IMG/VR virus record: IMGVR_UViG_3300008255_000444
Location: 1-25,516 of that record
Source of the DNA: a virus
Lineage: Duplodnaviria > Caudoviricetes
Reading direction: 5' to 3' (one strand)
Length of the DNA stretch: 25,516 nt
Of the stretch, positions 1-8,700 are shown piece after piece (position 1 is the stretch's first letter; every line of letters starts with the position of its first letter). A model generated the notes under the pieces. It made no database searches. It saw only the letters and a list, made by a program, of their open reading frames with translations, and was not told the origin of the DNA. Made by a program: the position numbers and the translations under genes.

Positions 1-156
1 CTTTTGGCCGCCGTGGTCGTCGCCTTCCTGCTGGCCTTCGCCGGCTGGGATCTGGCCTATGACCGGGCGGTCTCCGCCGGCGGGTTCGGCTACAAGGGAA
101 TTCGCTACGTCGTGAGCCCCGCCGGCGGGGCTTCATCCCGGCTTTCCGATGAGTGA
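1..156 (+). CDS. 3' part of a small membrane protein (cut by window edge)
   Basis: Frame 1 open from base 1: LLAAVVVAFLLAFAGWDLAYDRAV...SDE*, hydrophobic stretch, GC3-rich codons, stop 6 nt before next ATG. Confidence 0.55.
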   Translation, partial: LLAAVVVAFLLAFAGWDLAYDRAVSAGGFGYKGIRYVVSPAGGASSRLSDE

Positions 157-162
157 GCGCCC

Positions 163-387
163 ATGAAATCCGACCTGATCGACCTCGCGCTGATCTTCCA
201 GACCGAGACGCCGCTCGCCGCCTGCTTCCACGAGGAAGAGAGCGGGCCCCTGTTTGGCGGCGCGACGAAGCCGCGGGACGTCTGGCTCCCGCTCAGCCGG
301 ATCGAGATCGAGGGCGACCGCAAGCGCGGCGCCGTGGTGACGGTGACGCTGCCGGAGCGGCTGGCGATAGAGAAGGGACTGGTATGA
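163..387 (+). CDS. Phage hypothetical protein (74 aa)
   Basis: MKSDLIDL...VWLPLSRIEI...VTLPERLAIEKGLV; protein-like composition, ATGA overlap with next gene. Confidence 0.8.
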   Translation: MKSDLIDLALIFQTETPLAACFHEEESGPLFGGATKPRDVWLPLSRIEIEGDRKRGAVVTVTLPERLAIEKGLV

Positions 388-788
388 TGAGCTTGCAGGA
401 TTTCGACGACGAGGACGACCGCTTCGAGGCCGCGCGAGAGGCCGGCTGGATTGATCCGACCGACCTGACCCGCGCGCTGATCGACGTGATGAACGAGCGG
501 TTCAGGCAATGGGACGAGGAAGGCTTTGGCCCCGACCACGACGACCAGCACATTCGCGGCGAACTCGGCGCGGCGGCGGCCTGCTACGCTGTCCCGTCTC
601 GGTCCAGGATGGAGATGCTGGATCGCTTCTGGCCGGCGACGTGGGGACGGAACTGGTTCAAGCCGACCGGGCCGCACGACGACCTCGGCGCCCGGCGCTG
701 CGATCTCGTGAAGGCCGGCGCGCTGATCCTCGCGGAGATAGAGCGGATTGATCGGCGACTTGCCCCAGAGGAACCCTCCGATGGCTGA
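384..788 (+). CDS. Conserved phage protein of unknown function (ERxRQ..EG..HDD.H..GEL..AAACYA..DLVKAGALILAEIER type)
   Basis: ATG at 384 overlaps the upstream stop; widespread phage accessory motif pattern recognised in translation. Confidence 0.8.
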   Translation: MMSLQDFDDEDDRFEAAREAGWIDPTDLTRALIDVMNERFRQWDEEGFGPDHDDQHIRGELGAAAACYAVPSRSRMEMLDRFWPATWGRNWFKPTGPHDDLGARRCDLVKAGALILAEIERIDRRLAPEEPSDG

Positions 789-1053
789 CGCGGAGAGGAT
801 CGAAACCGGGCGCCTCGCGATGCGCGTCGAGGGGACAATGTGGAACGCCTATTTCGCGCTCCCCGGCACGATGGAGGGCGCGGTCTTCCTAGGCGGCGGG
901 GCGACGGCAGCCGTCGCGGACCCGTTCCGAAAGGCCGCGTTCATGACGCTGATGACCGACTTCGTGAAAGACCTGCTCGAAGAGCGCACCGGCCTGCGCC
1001 CGGAAATGAGCGTCCGCCCCGCACCGGAGAGCGAGCGGGGAGGGAACGCCTGA
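781..1053 (+). CDS. Phage hypothetical protein (90 aa)
   Basis: ATG 781 after GAGGA; MADAERIETGRLAMRVEGTMWNAYFALP...; TGATG coupling to next gene. Confidence 0.75.
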   Translation: MADAERIETGRLAMRVEGTMWNAYFALPGTMEGAVFLGGGATAAVADPFRKAAFMTLMTDFVKDLLEERTGLRPEMSVRPAPESERGGNA

Positions 1054-2174
1054 TGGCTGACCGCACCCCCATAGAATGGACGGACGCCACCTGGAACCCC
1101 GTGCGCGGCTGCTCGCGCGTCTCCGAGGGCTGCCGCAACTGCTACGCCGAGATCATGGCCGCCCGCTTCTCCGGCCCCGGCCAGTGGGGCGAGGGGCTGG
1201 CGGAGATCGTGGGGGAGGGCTTGCGCCGCGATCATCGCTGGACGGGGAAGGTCGCGCTTGCCGGGGGCCTGCTCGACCAGCCCCTCCGCTGGCGCCGCCC
1301 CCGCCGCATCTTCGTCAACTCGACGTCCGACCTCTTCCACGAGGCGATCCCCGACGACTGGATCGACCGCGTCTTCGCCGTGATGGCGCTGGCGCCGCAG
1401 CACACGTTCCAGGTGCTGACGAAGCGGCCGGAGCGGATGCGCGAATACTTTATGCACGACGACGGGTTTGGCCGATGGGGCTACATCGAACATTTCGCGC
1501 GGGAGATGCTCACGAAAATGGGGAAGGCGCAGCCGCAGCGCAAAACTCTCGCCCATCACGGTGGATCGAACATGCCGCACGTCTGGCTCGGCGTTTCCGT
1601 CGAGGACCAGGCGACGGCGGACGCGCGCATCCCGCCCCTCCTCGCCACCCCCGCCGCAAAGCGCTTCATCAGCGCCGAGCCGCTGCTCGGGCCGGTGGAC
1701 GTAAGCCCTTACCTCTACATCTACACGCACGCGGACGACGCCCAGCTCGAATGCGGACCGTGTACCGACGAGCCCTTGCCGTTCAACGATCCGGAAACGA
1801 CTCCGTTCGATGCGATCTCGACGCCCCGCCTCGACTGGGTGATCGCCGGAGGCGAGAGCGGCCCCGGCGCCCGACCGATGCACCCCGACTGGCCCCGCGC
1901 CCTCCGCGACCAGTGCGCCGCCGCTGGCGTGCCGTTCTTCTTCAAGCAGTGGGGGGAGTGGGGGCCGGATGAAGAGCCGCCGGCGAAGGGGAGGGACCGG
2001 ATCATGGAAGGGAAGGCGCCCTGCGCCACGCTGGGCGCCGACGGCTGGACCTACCACCCGGGCGGCTTCACGCCCGACCCGTTTGAGGGCCGCGGGAGAT
2101 GGCTGTACCGCCTTGGAAAGAAGGCGACCGGCGCCGCGCTCGACGGCCGCGAGCACCGGGGGTTTCCGGCGTGA
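1053..2174 (+). CDS. DUF5131 / phage Gp37-Gp68 family protein (three-Cys, radical-SAM-like)
   Basis: IEWTDATWNPVRGCSRVSEGCRNCYA, IFVNSTSDLFHE, HTFQVLTKRPERM, WLGVSVEDQ, FISAEPLLG, DWVIAGGESGPGARPMHPDW, PFFFKQWGEW. Confidence 0.93.
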   Translation: MADRTPIEWTDATWNPVRGCSRVSEGCRNCYAEIMAARFSGPGQWGEGLAEIVGEGLRRDHRWTGKVALAGGLLDQPLRWRRPRRIFVNSTSDLFHEAIPDDWIDRVFAVMALAPQHTFQVLTKRPERMREYFMHDDGFGRWGYIEHFAREMLTKMGKAQPQRKTLAHHGGSNMPHVWLGVSVEDQATADARIPPLLATPAAKRFISAEPLLGPVDVSPYLYIYTHADDAQLECGPCTDEPLPFNDPETTPFDAISTPRLDWVIAGGESGPGARPMHPDWPRALRDQCAAAGVPFFFKQWGEWGPDEEPPAKGRDRIMEGKAPCATLGADGWTYHPGGFTPDPFEGRGRWLYRLGKKATGAALDGREHRGFPA

Positions 2175-2305
2175 CGCGCGATCGCATCATGGGCTTCCTG
2201 TGGGGCGCGCTCTTGATGGCGATTCTGGACGTCGCCGACATCTGGGTGTGCATGGGCGAATGCGGCGACATCCCTGCTCGAATCTGGACGGAGGAGCTCC
2301 GATGA
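2171..2305 (+). CDS. Small putative membrane protein (44 aa)
   Basis: GTGA and ATGA overlaps on both sides; hydrophobic IMGFLWGALLMAILDVADIWV. Confidence 0.55.
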   Translation: MTRDRIMGFLWGALLMAILDVADIWVCMGECGDIPARIWTEELR

Positions 2306-2718
2306 TCCGCCCCCGCCGGATCCAGCTCTCCCGCGCCGCCGGCTGGCGGAAGCCCGAGGGCGCCGTCGTCGTCGCGCGGCCGTCGCTCTGGGGGAACCCC
2401 TGGAAGCCGGGCCGGCCGGCAAGGTTCTGGCTGCCGGACTATTTCGTTCACGATGCGATCTGCGGCTGCGCGATGGACGCGGCGGACGTCGTCTCGCTCT
2501 ATTGCCGCCTGATCGGGGGTGGGCCTGACCCCGTGGTCGCCGCGCTCCCCGCTCAGCTCTCACCGGAGGGCCGCCGCAAGACGCGCGACATGCTGCGCGC
2601 CCACGCCGCCCGCATCCTCGCCAACCTCCCCGCCCTCCGCGGACGCGACCTCCTCTGCTGGTGCAAGCCGGGAGAGCCGTGTCACGGGGACGTCCTGCTG
2701 GAGCTCGCGAACCAATGA
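2302..2718 (+). CDS. DUF4326 domain protein
   Basis: PRRIQLSRAAGWRKPEGAVVVARPSLWGNPW ... LRGRDLLCWCKPGEPCHGDVLLELAN; GGAGGAG SD. Confidence 0.9.
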   Translation: MIRPRRIQLSRAAGWRKPEGAVVVARPSLWGNPWKPGRPARFWLPDYFVHDAICGCAMDAADVVSLYCRLIGGGPDPVVAALPAQLSPEGRRKTRDMLRAHAARILANLPALRGRDLLCWCKPGEPCHGDVLLELANQ

Positions 2719-3251
2719 AGCTTCTCCCCGAATTCGCCCTTTCCGTCCGCCAGCCTTGGGCCTGGGCGATCATCGCCGGCGGAAAGGACATCGAGAACCG
2801 GCACTGGGAATCGGTGCGCCGGGGCGGGATGGTTCCGGGGCGAATCCTGATCCACGCCAGCGGCCAGATGCTGCGCCAGGAATACGAGAGCGCCGCCGCC
2901 TTCATGGCCGAAATCGGCGACGCCTGCCCGCCCGCGGCAGCGCTTAGGCGCGGCGGCCTGATCGGCGCCGTGACGGTGACGGGCGTCGTCTCGGCCCCTT
3001 CGAGCCCGTGGTTCTTCGGGCCGCGCGGCCTCGTTGTGGCCGAGCCGGAGGAGATCGACTTCATCCCGGCCCGCGGGCAGCTCGGCTATTTCCGCTGGAG
3101 CCGCGCCGGCGAAGACTACGCACCCCCGCCCCGGCGAGATGGATGCTCGAAGGCGCCGCGCCGGACGCGCCGCCGACGCCGCCGCGCTTCTGCCCGCCAA
3201 ACGCGAGACGCTGGAGATAGAGGAAGCGCGCCGCCCGCTCGAGATCCGTGA
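2715..3251 (+). CDS. ASCH domain protein (C-terminus probably frameshifted or disrupted)
   Basis: ALSVRQPWAWAIIAGGKDIENRHW, ILIHAS, GGLIGAV, PWFFGPRG, FIPARGQLGYF; after ~3125 the frame becomes Arg-rich nonsense and overlaps the dam fragment. Confidence 0.85.
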   Translation: MKLLPEFALSVRQPWAWAIIAGGKDIENRHWESVRRGGMVPGRILIHASGQMLRQEYESAAAFMAEIGDACPPAAALRRGGLIGAVTVTGVVSAPSSPWFFGPRGLVVAEPEEIDFIPARGQLGYFRWSRAGEDYAPPPRRDGCSKAPRRTRRRRRRASARQTRDAGDRGSAPPARDP

Positions 3252-3567
3252 GCGTCTCGGCCGGCACCGCGCGGAGACGCTGGAACTCGGCCCGGCTCGC
3301 GACCTGGAAACGCAGCACGTCGATGAACTGCGGATAGTGCCGCTGCAGGATCCGGAAGAGGTTGATGATCTCCCCGTCGATGTCGTTCACGACCTCGGCC
3401 GGCGGCTTCGCCGCGCGGCGGAAGAAGACGCCGCCCATGCCCACGAAGGGCTCGGCGTAGGTTCGATGGGGGATGCGCGCGATCCGCTCGGCCAGCGTAG
3501 CTGCGAGCCGGTGCTTGCCGCCGAGCCAGGGCGCGACCGGCTCGATCGGCGAAATGGGCGTCAACAT
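3061..3567 (-). pseudogene. dam: Truncated D12-class N6-adenine (Dam-like) DNA methyltransferase; recognisable sequence ends at ~3185
   Basis: PVAPWLGGKHRLA, YAEPFVGMGGVFF, EVVNDIDGE, TDLERAARFLYLQRLAFGG; the catalytic DPPY half is not seen in any downstream minus frame. Confidence 0.85.
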
Positions 3568-3592
3568 AATGGAAACCGCCTTCGGGCAATGT

Positions 3593-3697
3593 CCGCTCGC
3601 CCCCTCGGGGGCCGGGCGGCCGAAAGGTGTCGACGGTCGGCGCGGCGGCGTGTGGAGCACAGGCCGTGTGGCGGGGGGCGGGAGACCGCCCTCCGCC
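3593..3697 (+). ncRNA. Candidate four-hairpin structured RNA upstream of dam (possibly D12-methyl RNA motif-like)
   Basis: Back-to-back stems 3593-3619, 3620-3640, 3641-3668 and 3670-3697; last stem closed by a GAGA tetraloop; G-U pairs favour the + strand. Confidence 0.5.
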
Positions 3698-3701
3698 CCT
3701 G

Positions 3702-4358
3702 CTAGCGCAGCCCGCCGCCCCGGCGGTCGCCCGGCTCGACGACGGGCTCCATCCGGCCGGCGCGCGGCAGGATCGGCATCCCGACGTCGGGAGAGGCGCG
3801 GGGGCGGCCGGAGGCGATGCCGGCCAGCTCTGCGTCCTTCGCCTTCGAGCCGCGGGAGGAGCCCCAGTAGAAGGCGGCGATGGCGGCGATGATCGGCAGG
3901 AGCCCGTTGGCGAGGGCGGAGAGCGCGGCCTCGGCCGGGGCGGAGAGGCCGGGGGCGAAGATCATCGCGGCGTAGGCGCCGACCATCAGCGCGAAGATCG
4001 CGACCATCAGCAGCGTCGCCTCCCGGTTCGCGCCGCCGTTCATCCGCCTGATCTCCAGGTCGCGGGCGCGGGCGTCCTGCCGGTCGAGGAGGAGGGCCTC
4101 CAGCTCCTGCGCCTCGACCGCGCGGATCTCGGCGGCGACGCGCTCGAAGGCCGCCGGGTCTTCCTTCAGCGCGCGGATCGCGGCGCTGACCTCGCCGGCG
4201 GACGAGACAGGGAGCCCCGTCGCCCGCCCGATCTCCGGCAGGATCGCCCCGGCGACGCGCCCCGCCGAATCCGAGCCCGTCGCCATCCGGACGAGCCCGG
4301 GCGCGACCTCGGCGATCAGCGGGGAGAGGAGGGGGAGGAGGCCGAAGGGTATGGGCAT
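3702..4358 (-). CDS. Holin (GTA 3TM-holin-like)
   Basis: Hydrophobic N-terminus, DRQDARAR motif, two C-terminal TM segments followed by FYWGSSRGSKAKD; downstream of endolysin; AAGGAG SD. Confidence 0.75.
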   Translation of the reverse strand: MPIPFGLLPLLSPLIAEVAPGLVRMATGSDSAGRVAGAILPEIGRATGLPVSSAGEVSAAIRALKEDPAAFERVAAEIRAVEAQELEALLLDRQDARARDLEIRRMNGGANREATLLMVAIFALMVGAYAAMIFAPGLSAPAEAALSALANGLLPIIAAIAAFYWGSSRGSKAKDAELAGIASGRPRASPDVGMPILPRAGRMEPVVEPGDRRGGGLR

Positions 4359-4370
4359 GGGGGGGGCTCC

Positions 4371-4562
4371 TTAGAAGCGGCGCATGGACGTCTCGACGAG
4401 GATGCCGGCGGCGACCCCGACGCCGGCGAAGATCAGCGGCAGCATCCAGACGGCCGCAAACGCCGCCGGAACCCAGATCGTGACGAGGAGGAACGGGATC
4501 GAAAAGAGCAGACCCACGACGCCGCCGAGAGAGCCGAGCAGGACCGGCACGAGCCAGTCCAT
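4371..4562 (-). CDS. Small two-TM membrane protein (63 aa), holin/antiholin candidate
   Basis: MDWLVPVLLGSLGGVVGLLFSIPFLLVTIWVPAAFAAVWMLPLIFAGVGVAAGILVETSMRRF; TGATG coupling with endolysin stop. Confidence 0.7.
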   Translation of the reverse strand: MDWLVPVLLGSLGGVVGLLFSIPFLLVTIWVPAAFAAVWMLPLIFAGVGVAAGILVETSMRRF

Positions 4563-5197
4563 CACACCGCCCTCGGGCAGTCGCCGCGCCCCAGCGGGCA
4601 GGCGCTCGCCGTGGCGGGGGCCTCGCCGATCAGGCGGAGCGCGGCCTCGAACTCGCGGGCGTAGGCGGCGATCTCCTCGGCCCGGTCCGTCCCGTTCACG
4701 ATCCGGCGGGCCTCGACGTAGTCGGCGCGGGCGTCGTCGAAATGGTCGGCGAGGCTCCTGCCGGTGAACGTGCCGCGGATCATGCCTTGCCAGAGCACCT
4801 TCGCCGCGATCTCCGGCTCCGCCGCGCGCTCCGGCGCGTTGACGAGATCGACGCCGGTCAGCAGCGTCATCCGGGCGTAGTTGGCGAGCCAGGTGAGCTG
4901 GACGAAGCCGCGCCCGTGATAGCGCGCCCGCTTCGTGATCCGGGAGCCCGTGCCCATAAGCGCCAGATCCTCGCCGTAGGCGCGCCCCTCGCCCTGGCCG
5001 ATCTCCTCCATGTGCCGGAACCGCCCCGTCTCGTGATAGGCCGTCGCCAGCACGTAGGCGCACTCCGTGAGCCGGCGCCCGCGCGCCTCGCCCTCGTCGA
5101 TGATCCGGTCCAGCGGCTCGCGCTGCCAGTCCGGCAGGGAGCCGCGGAAGAGCGAGGCGGCGACGGCGGCGTGGAAGCCGGCGCGGGCGGGATTCAT
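4562..5197 (-). CDS. Endolysin, glycoside hydrolase family 19-like
   Basis: YVLATAYHETG, RYHGRGFVQLTWLANY, ARRIVNGTDRAEEIA. Confidence 0.9.
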   Translation of the reverse strand: MNPARAGFHAAVAASLFRGSLPDWQREPLDRIIDEGEARGRRLTECAYVLATAYHETGRFRHMEEIGQGEGRAYGEDLALMGTGSRITKRARYHGRGFVQLTWLANYARMTLLTGVDLVNAPERAAEPEIAAKVLWQGMIRGTFTGRSLADHFDDARADYVEARRIVNGTDRAEEIAAYAREFEAALRLIGEAPATASACPLGRGDCPRAV

Positions 5198-5589
5198 GGC
5201 CGCGGCTCCGGATAGCCGCGCCGCCCGGTCAGCTCCCGCGCGACGATCTCCCGCAGGTCGGCGGCGATGCCGTCGAGCCGGGACTGGATCGCCCCGAAGC
5301 GCTCGTCCGCGACCCGCGCGGAGCCCTCGACGGCGGCGAGCCGCACGTCGTTCGCGCGCGCCAGCGCCTTCGCCTCCCGCGCCAGCTCATCCGTGTCGGA
5401 GAGCCGCTCCATCGCCGAGCCGACGACGACGGCGCCGCCGACCACCCCGCTCCCGATCGCCAGCGCGACGCCGAAGAACGCCCGGAGGAGGAAGACGCGG
5501 AACGCCTCCAGCTTCTCGCCCTGTTTCTCGAACCGCTCGTCCATGTCCGCCCGGAGGCAGGCGATCTCGTCAATCTCGCTGTCGGTCAT
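5194..5589 (-). CDS. Lysis-cassette membrane protein (one TM plus coiled coil, 131 aa)
   Basis: ATG 5589 after GAGGA; TM FLLRAFFGVALAIGSGVVGGAVVV then heptad-like helix; ATGA overlap with endolysin start. Confidence 0.7.
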   Translation of the reverse strand: MTDSEIDEIACLRADMDERFEKQGEKLEAFRVFLLRAFFGVALAIGSGVVGGAVVVGSAMERLSDTDELAREAKALARANDVRLAAVEGSARVADERFGAIQSRLDGIAADLREIVARELTGRRGYPEPRP

Positions 5590-5611
5590 CGCCGATCCTC
5601 GCATGATGTCG

Positions 5612-5745
5612 CTCCTGCTCGCGCCGCCCAGAGAGGGCTGACGTCTCCCGGCGGCCTCAGCCCCGCCGGCGGCTTCCCCGCAACGCAACGCCGGGGCGGC
5701 TCCGGGGGGTGCTCCGGAGCCGCGACGCACGCAACTAGTTCGTGA
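5612..5745 (-). promoter_or_regulatory. Structured intergenic leader before the lysis cassette
   Basis: Perfect 10-bp stem GCGGCTCCGG/CCGGAGCCGC (~5696-5723) plus nested GGGCTGA/TCAGCCC and GCCGCC/GGCGGC stems; no U-tract. Confidence 0.4.
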
Positions 5746-5751
5746 CGGCGG

Positions 5752-8700
5752 TCACACCGCCGCCCCCGCCATGAGCCACGGATCGGCGTTCACCGCCGCC
5801 GCGCCGCCGTCCAGCCGCTTCAGGAGCGTCAGGCCGGAGCCGTTGTCGATCTCATACTGCGCGTATCCGATCTGGAGGCCGGCGTTCCAGAAGTTGCCCG
5901 CCCCGCTCTTGCTGGCGATGGTGAGCCGCCGGTTGCCCGCCGAGGGGAATATCCCGGTGTTGGCGTTGAGCGCCTGAACCGGGAGCGCCACGTCGTTGAT
6001 CGAGACGATCATCTCTTGCGTCACCAGATTCACGTCCACGACGTATTTCCGCCAGGAGTCGGTCGGGAATATCTCCACATTGTAGGCCCCGGCAAAGAGC
6101 CCCGTCAGCGCGCTGTCCTTTGTGTCCGGCCCCCAGACGAGAACCTGCCTCGTTCCGCGGTTCATGTGCAGGTTGAACCAAGTCCCTTCCGATCCTCCGA
6201 GATAGGTCGTGCTGGAGCCGAGCGGCAGGGTCGAGGCCGGAACCCGCGCGACCACCTCGAAGCGGACGCGGAACGTCCCGGCGGGCAGGGCCGACGGATC
6301 GCGCCAATGCGGCGCTGACACGCCCTGCGTCCAGAACGTCGCCGGGACGGGCTCAGGAATGCCCGGAGCCTCGAAAATGTCGCTGTAGGTCTTGATGCAG
6401 AACCCGCAGAAACGGTCCGTCGCGCTCGAATTGGTGTAGGCCGCGACGTGCTCGATGGGGATATCCAGCATCAGCTTTTCCGCGTCGCTGAGGTGAGACG
6501 GATAGACATACCCGGCGTCGCTCCGGGAGAACGCCGGACCCCAGAGGAACGTGATCTGATCGCCGGGAGAAAACGCCACTTCCGGAGTGATGCGGACGGT
6601 CGTGTCGTTCTGGAGCGTCACCGTGCCCTGATATTTCGTGGCGATACCGGTCGATCCGGGCCGCATGATGTAGAAGCGACCGTCCGGGTCTGCGACGCGG
6701 AGGATTTCAAAGCCAGCGACCTCCTGCCAATAGTCGGACGGGGAGGCCGGATCGGCGATGCCCTTGACCTTGCGCTTGGTCGAGAGGACGCCGCCATTCG
6801 CGGGGGTGAAGCTGATGTCGGCGTAGGCGCCGCCCGGAGCGACAGTGATCGAGTCGAACGCGGCTTCATCTGCGGAGAGCCCTGCCGCCCTCAGAAACGA
6901 CGGGAACGCCATGTCGAACATCGCCTCATACTGGCCCACGGGGTCAGTGACGATTGGATGCGCCCCGTTGCTCCACCATGTGAACGCAGGCGGGCCGTAT
7001 TTTCCGCCGAGCGCGACGAAGCGGCTGTCCGCGACGAAACTCTCCACGCCGATATACCGGCTCTCGCTGTCGCCATCCCACGGCCCCTTGCGGACAATAT
7101 CGAGCGGGACGCTGCGCTTCAGAAGGCCGCGCCCGAGCGTGTCCGTATCGGCGCTCTCGAAGTCGTAGATGCAATGATCGACCACAGCCGATGGAGAGAT
7201 TGTCGCCGTGCTGCGGGTGTTTCCGAGGGTGAAGGCCGAGCCGTCCGGGTTCTGGCCGTAGTAGATCGCCGCCATGTTGGCGAGCCAGTTCGGCATCGCG
7301 GTTTGGTCGTTCGCCCACCAGAACTCGCACATGCGGTCGATGCCGCCGTAATCCGCCACGGCTTCTGCCACCATATCCGCAGAGCGCGCCCAGATGCGGT
7401 CGTTGTTCGCGTCGTCAACCCATCCCGTGCGCCCCGTCCCCGGCTCGCACAGATCGACGAACGCGAACTGCCGCCCCGGCGCGACGTGGTTCAAGGCGTT
7501 CGCCATGACCACCATGGCAGGATTGACCGTGAGCCGGTTGGCGCTGGTGAGCACGGTTTTCGTTGTGGTCGTCTCCGCCGTCAGCCCGGCACCGTTGCGC
7601 TGATAGATCGTCAGGTTTTCGGCTTCGAGCGCGGGAGGCGTGAGCGTCTGGTAGATGCCCCCGCGCTCCGAGACGTAGGCGAATTCGGACTGGCCGAGCC
7701 CCGCGATGACGATGGGCGAAAGTCCCGGCGCGTAATTCTCATTGACGCTCCAGCCGGCGCCATCCAGCGCAGTCCCGAATGTCGCGGCCCCGCTCCCGAT
7801 GGCCCCGTAGTCGCCTACCGTCCCCGTCCCGCTATTGTCAGCATCCGCCGGGCCGAAGGGCTTCATCGCGAACGCCGAGAGGAACTCTTCAAGCGTCGTG
7901 ATGTTGAAGTTCGGGGCGACGAAGACGTCCGCGTAGGCGTGGATCGCCCCGCCGTCCCCAATCACAAGGCTGTCCGTATCCGTCGCGCCCTCCGTCGCAA
8001 CCTCGACGATGTTGCCCTTAAACTGCGGCGGGTTGACGAGGGCGACGTTTCCGAGCCGCATCTGCGCTGTTCCGTCCCCGTTCAGAGACTTGAACTGGTT
8101 GCTGTAGACGTCGCCGCCGTCCATCTTGCCCAGAGTGCAAGGATGCCCGCCGGTAAGCATGGTGGCGTTGGCGCAGATCGTCCAGTCCTTCGCCACCCAG
8201 TCCGCCGTCCCGGCGTTGGTGAAGAACCCCTGTATGTCCCTCCCCCTCGCGACCGCCGGGTTTTCCCAGCCTACGCATTGCTCGATCCGCCCGGCCTCCA
8301 CTGCCGCCCCTGCGGTCAAGGCTGTCTGGAACTGCAACAGGTCGATATGCGGATTATCCAGATCGGAGGGCCTGCCAATCATCGTGTGATAGACGTTGTG
8401 AATGAACCACTTCTTGACGCTGGCGGGCTCACACCCCGAACCCCAGGTGATCGTCACCGGGTCGCTGTAGGTGCGGAAAATCTCGTTGTCTCGCAGGATC
8501 AGCTCGTCATGGCACTTCCAGCTTATCCCGGCTCTTGTGTCGTAAATCTGATTGCGCTGCATCGTCAGCTTGCCGGGGTCGCCGCCCGACCCCGCCGTCC
8601 AGACGAATGCCTTCGGACAGTTGGAATACGACCCCACCGCCGAATAATCTGCGTCCGGGCCGGGATCGCGATAGACGCCGTGAATCTTGGAGTCCTCCAC

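Noticed and set aside
3568-3701. Com-like zinc-finger regulator or tRNA upstream of dam
   Set aside because: No paired CxxC ORF; no T-loop, anticodon arm or CCA consistent with a tRNA
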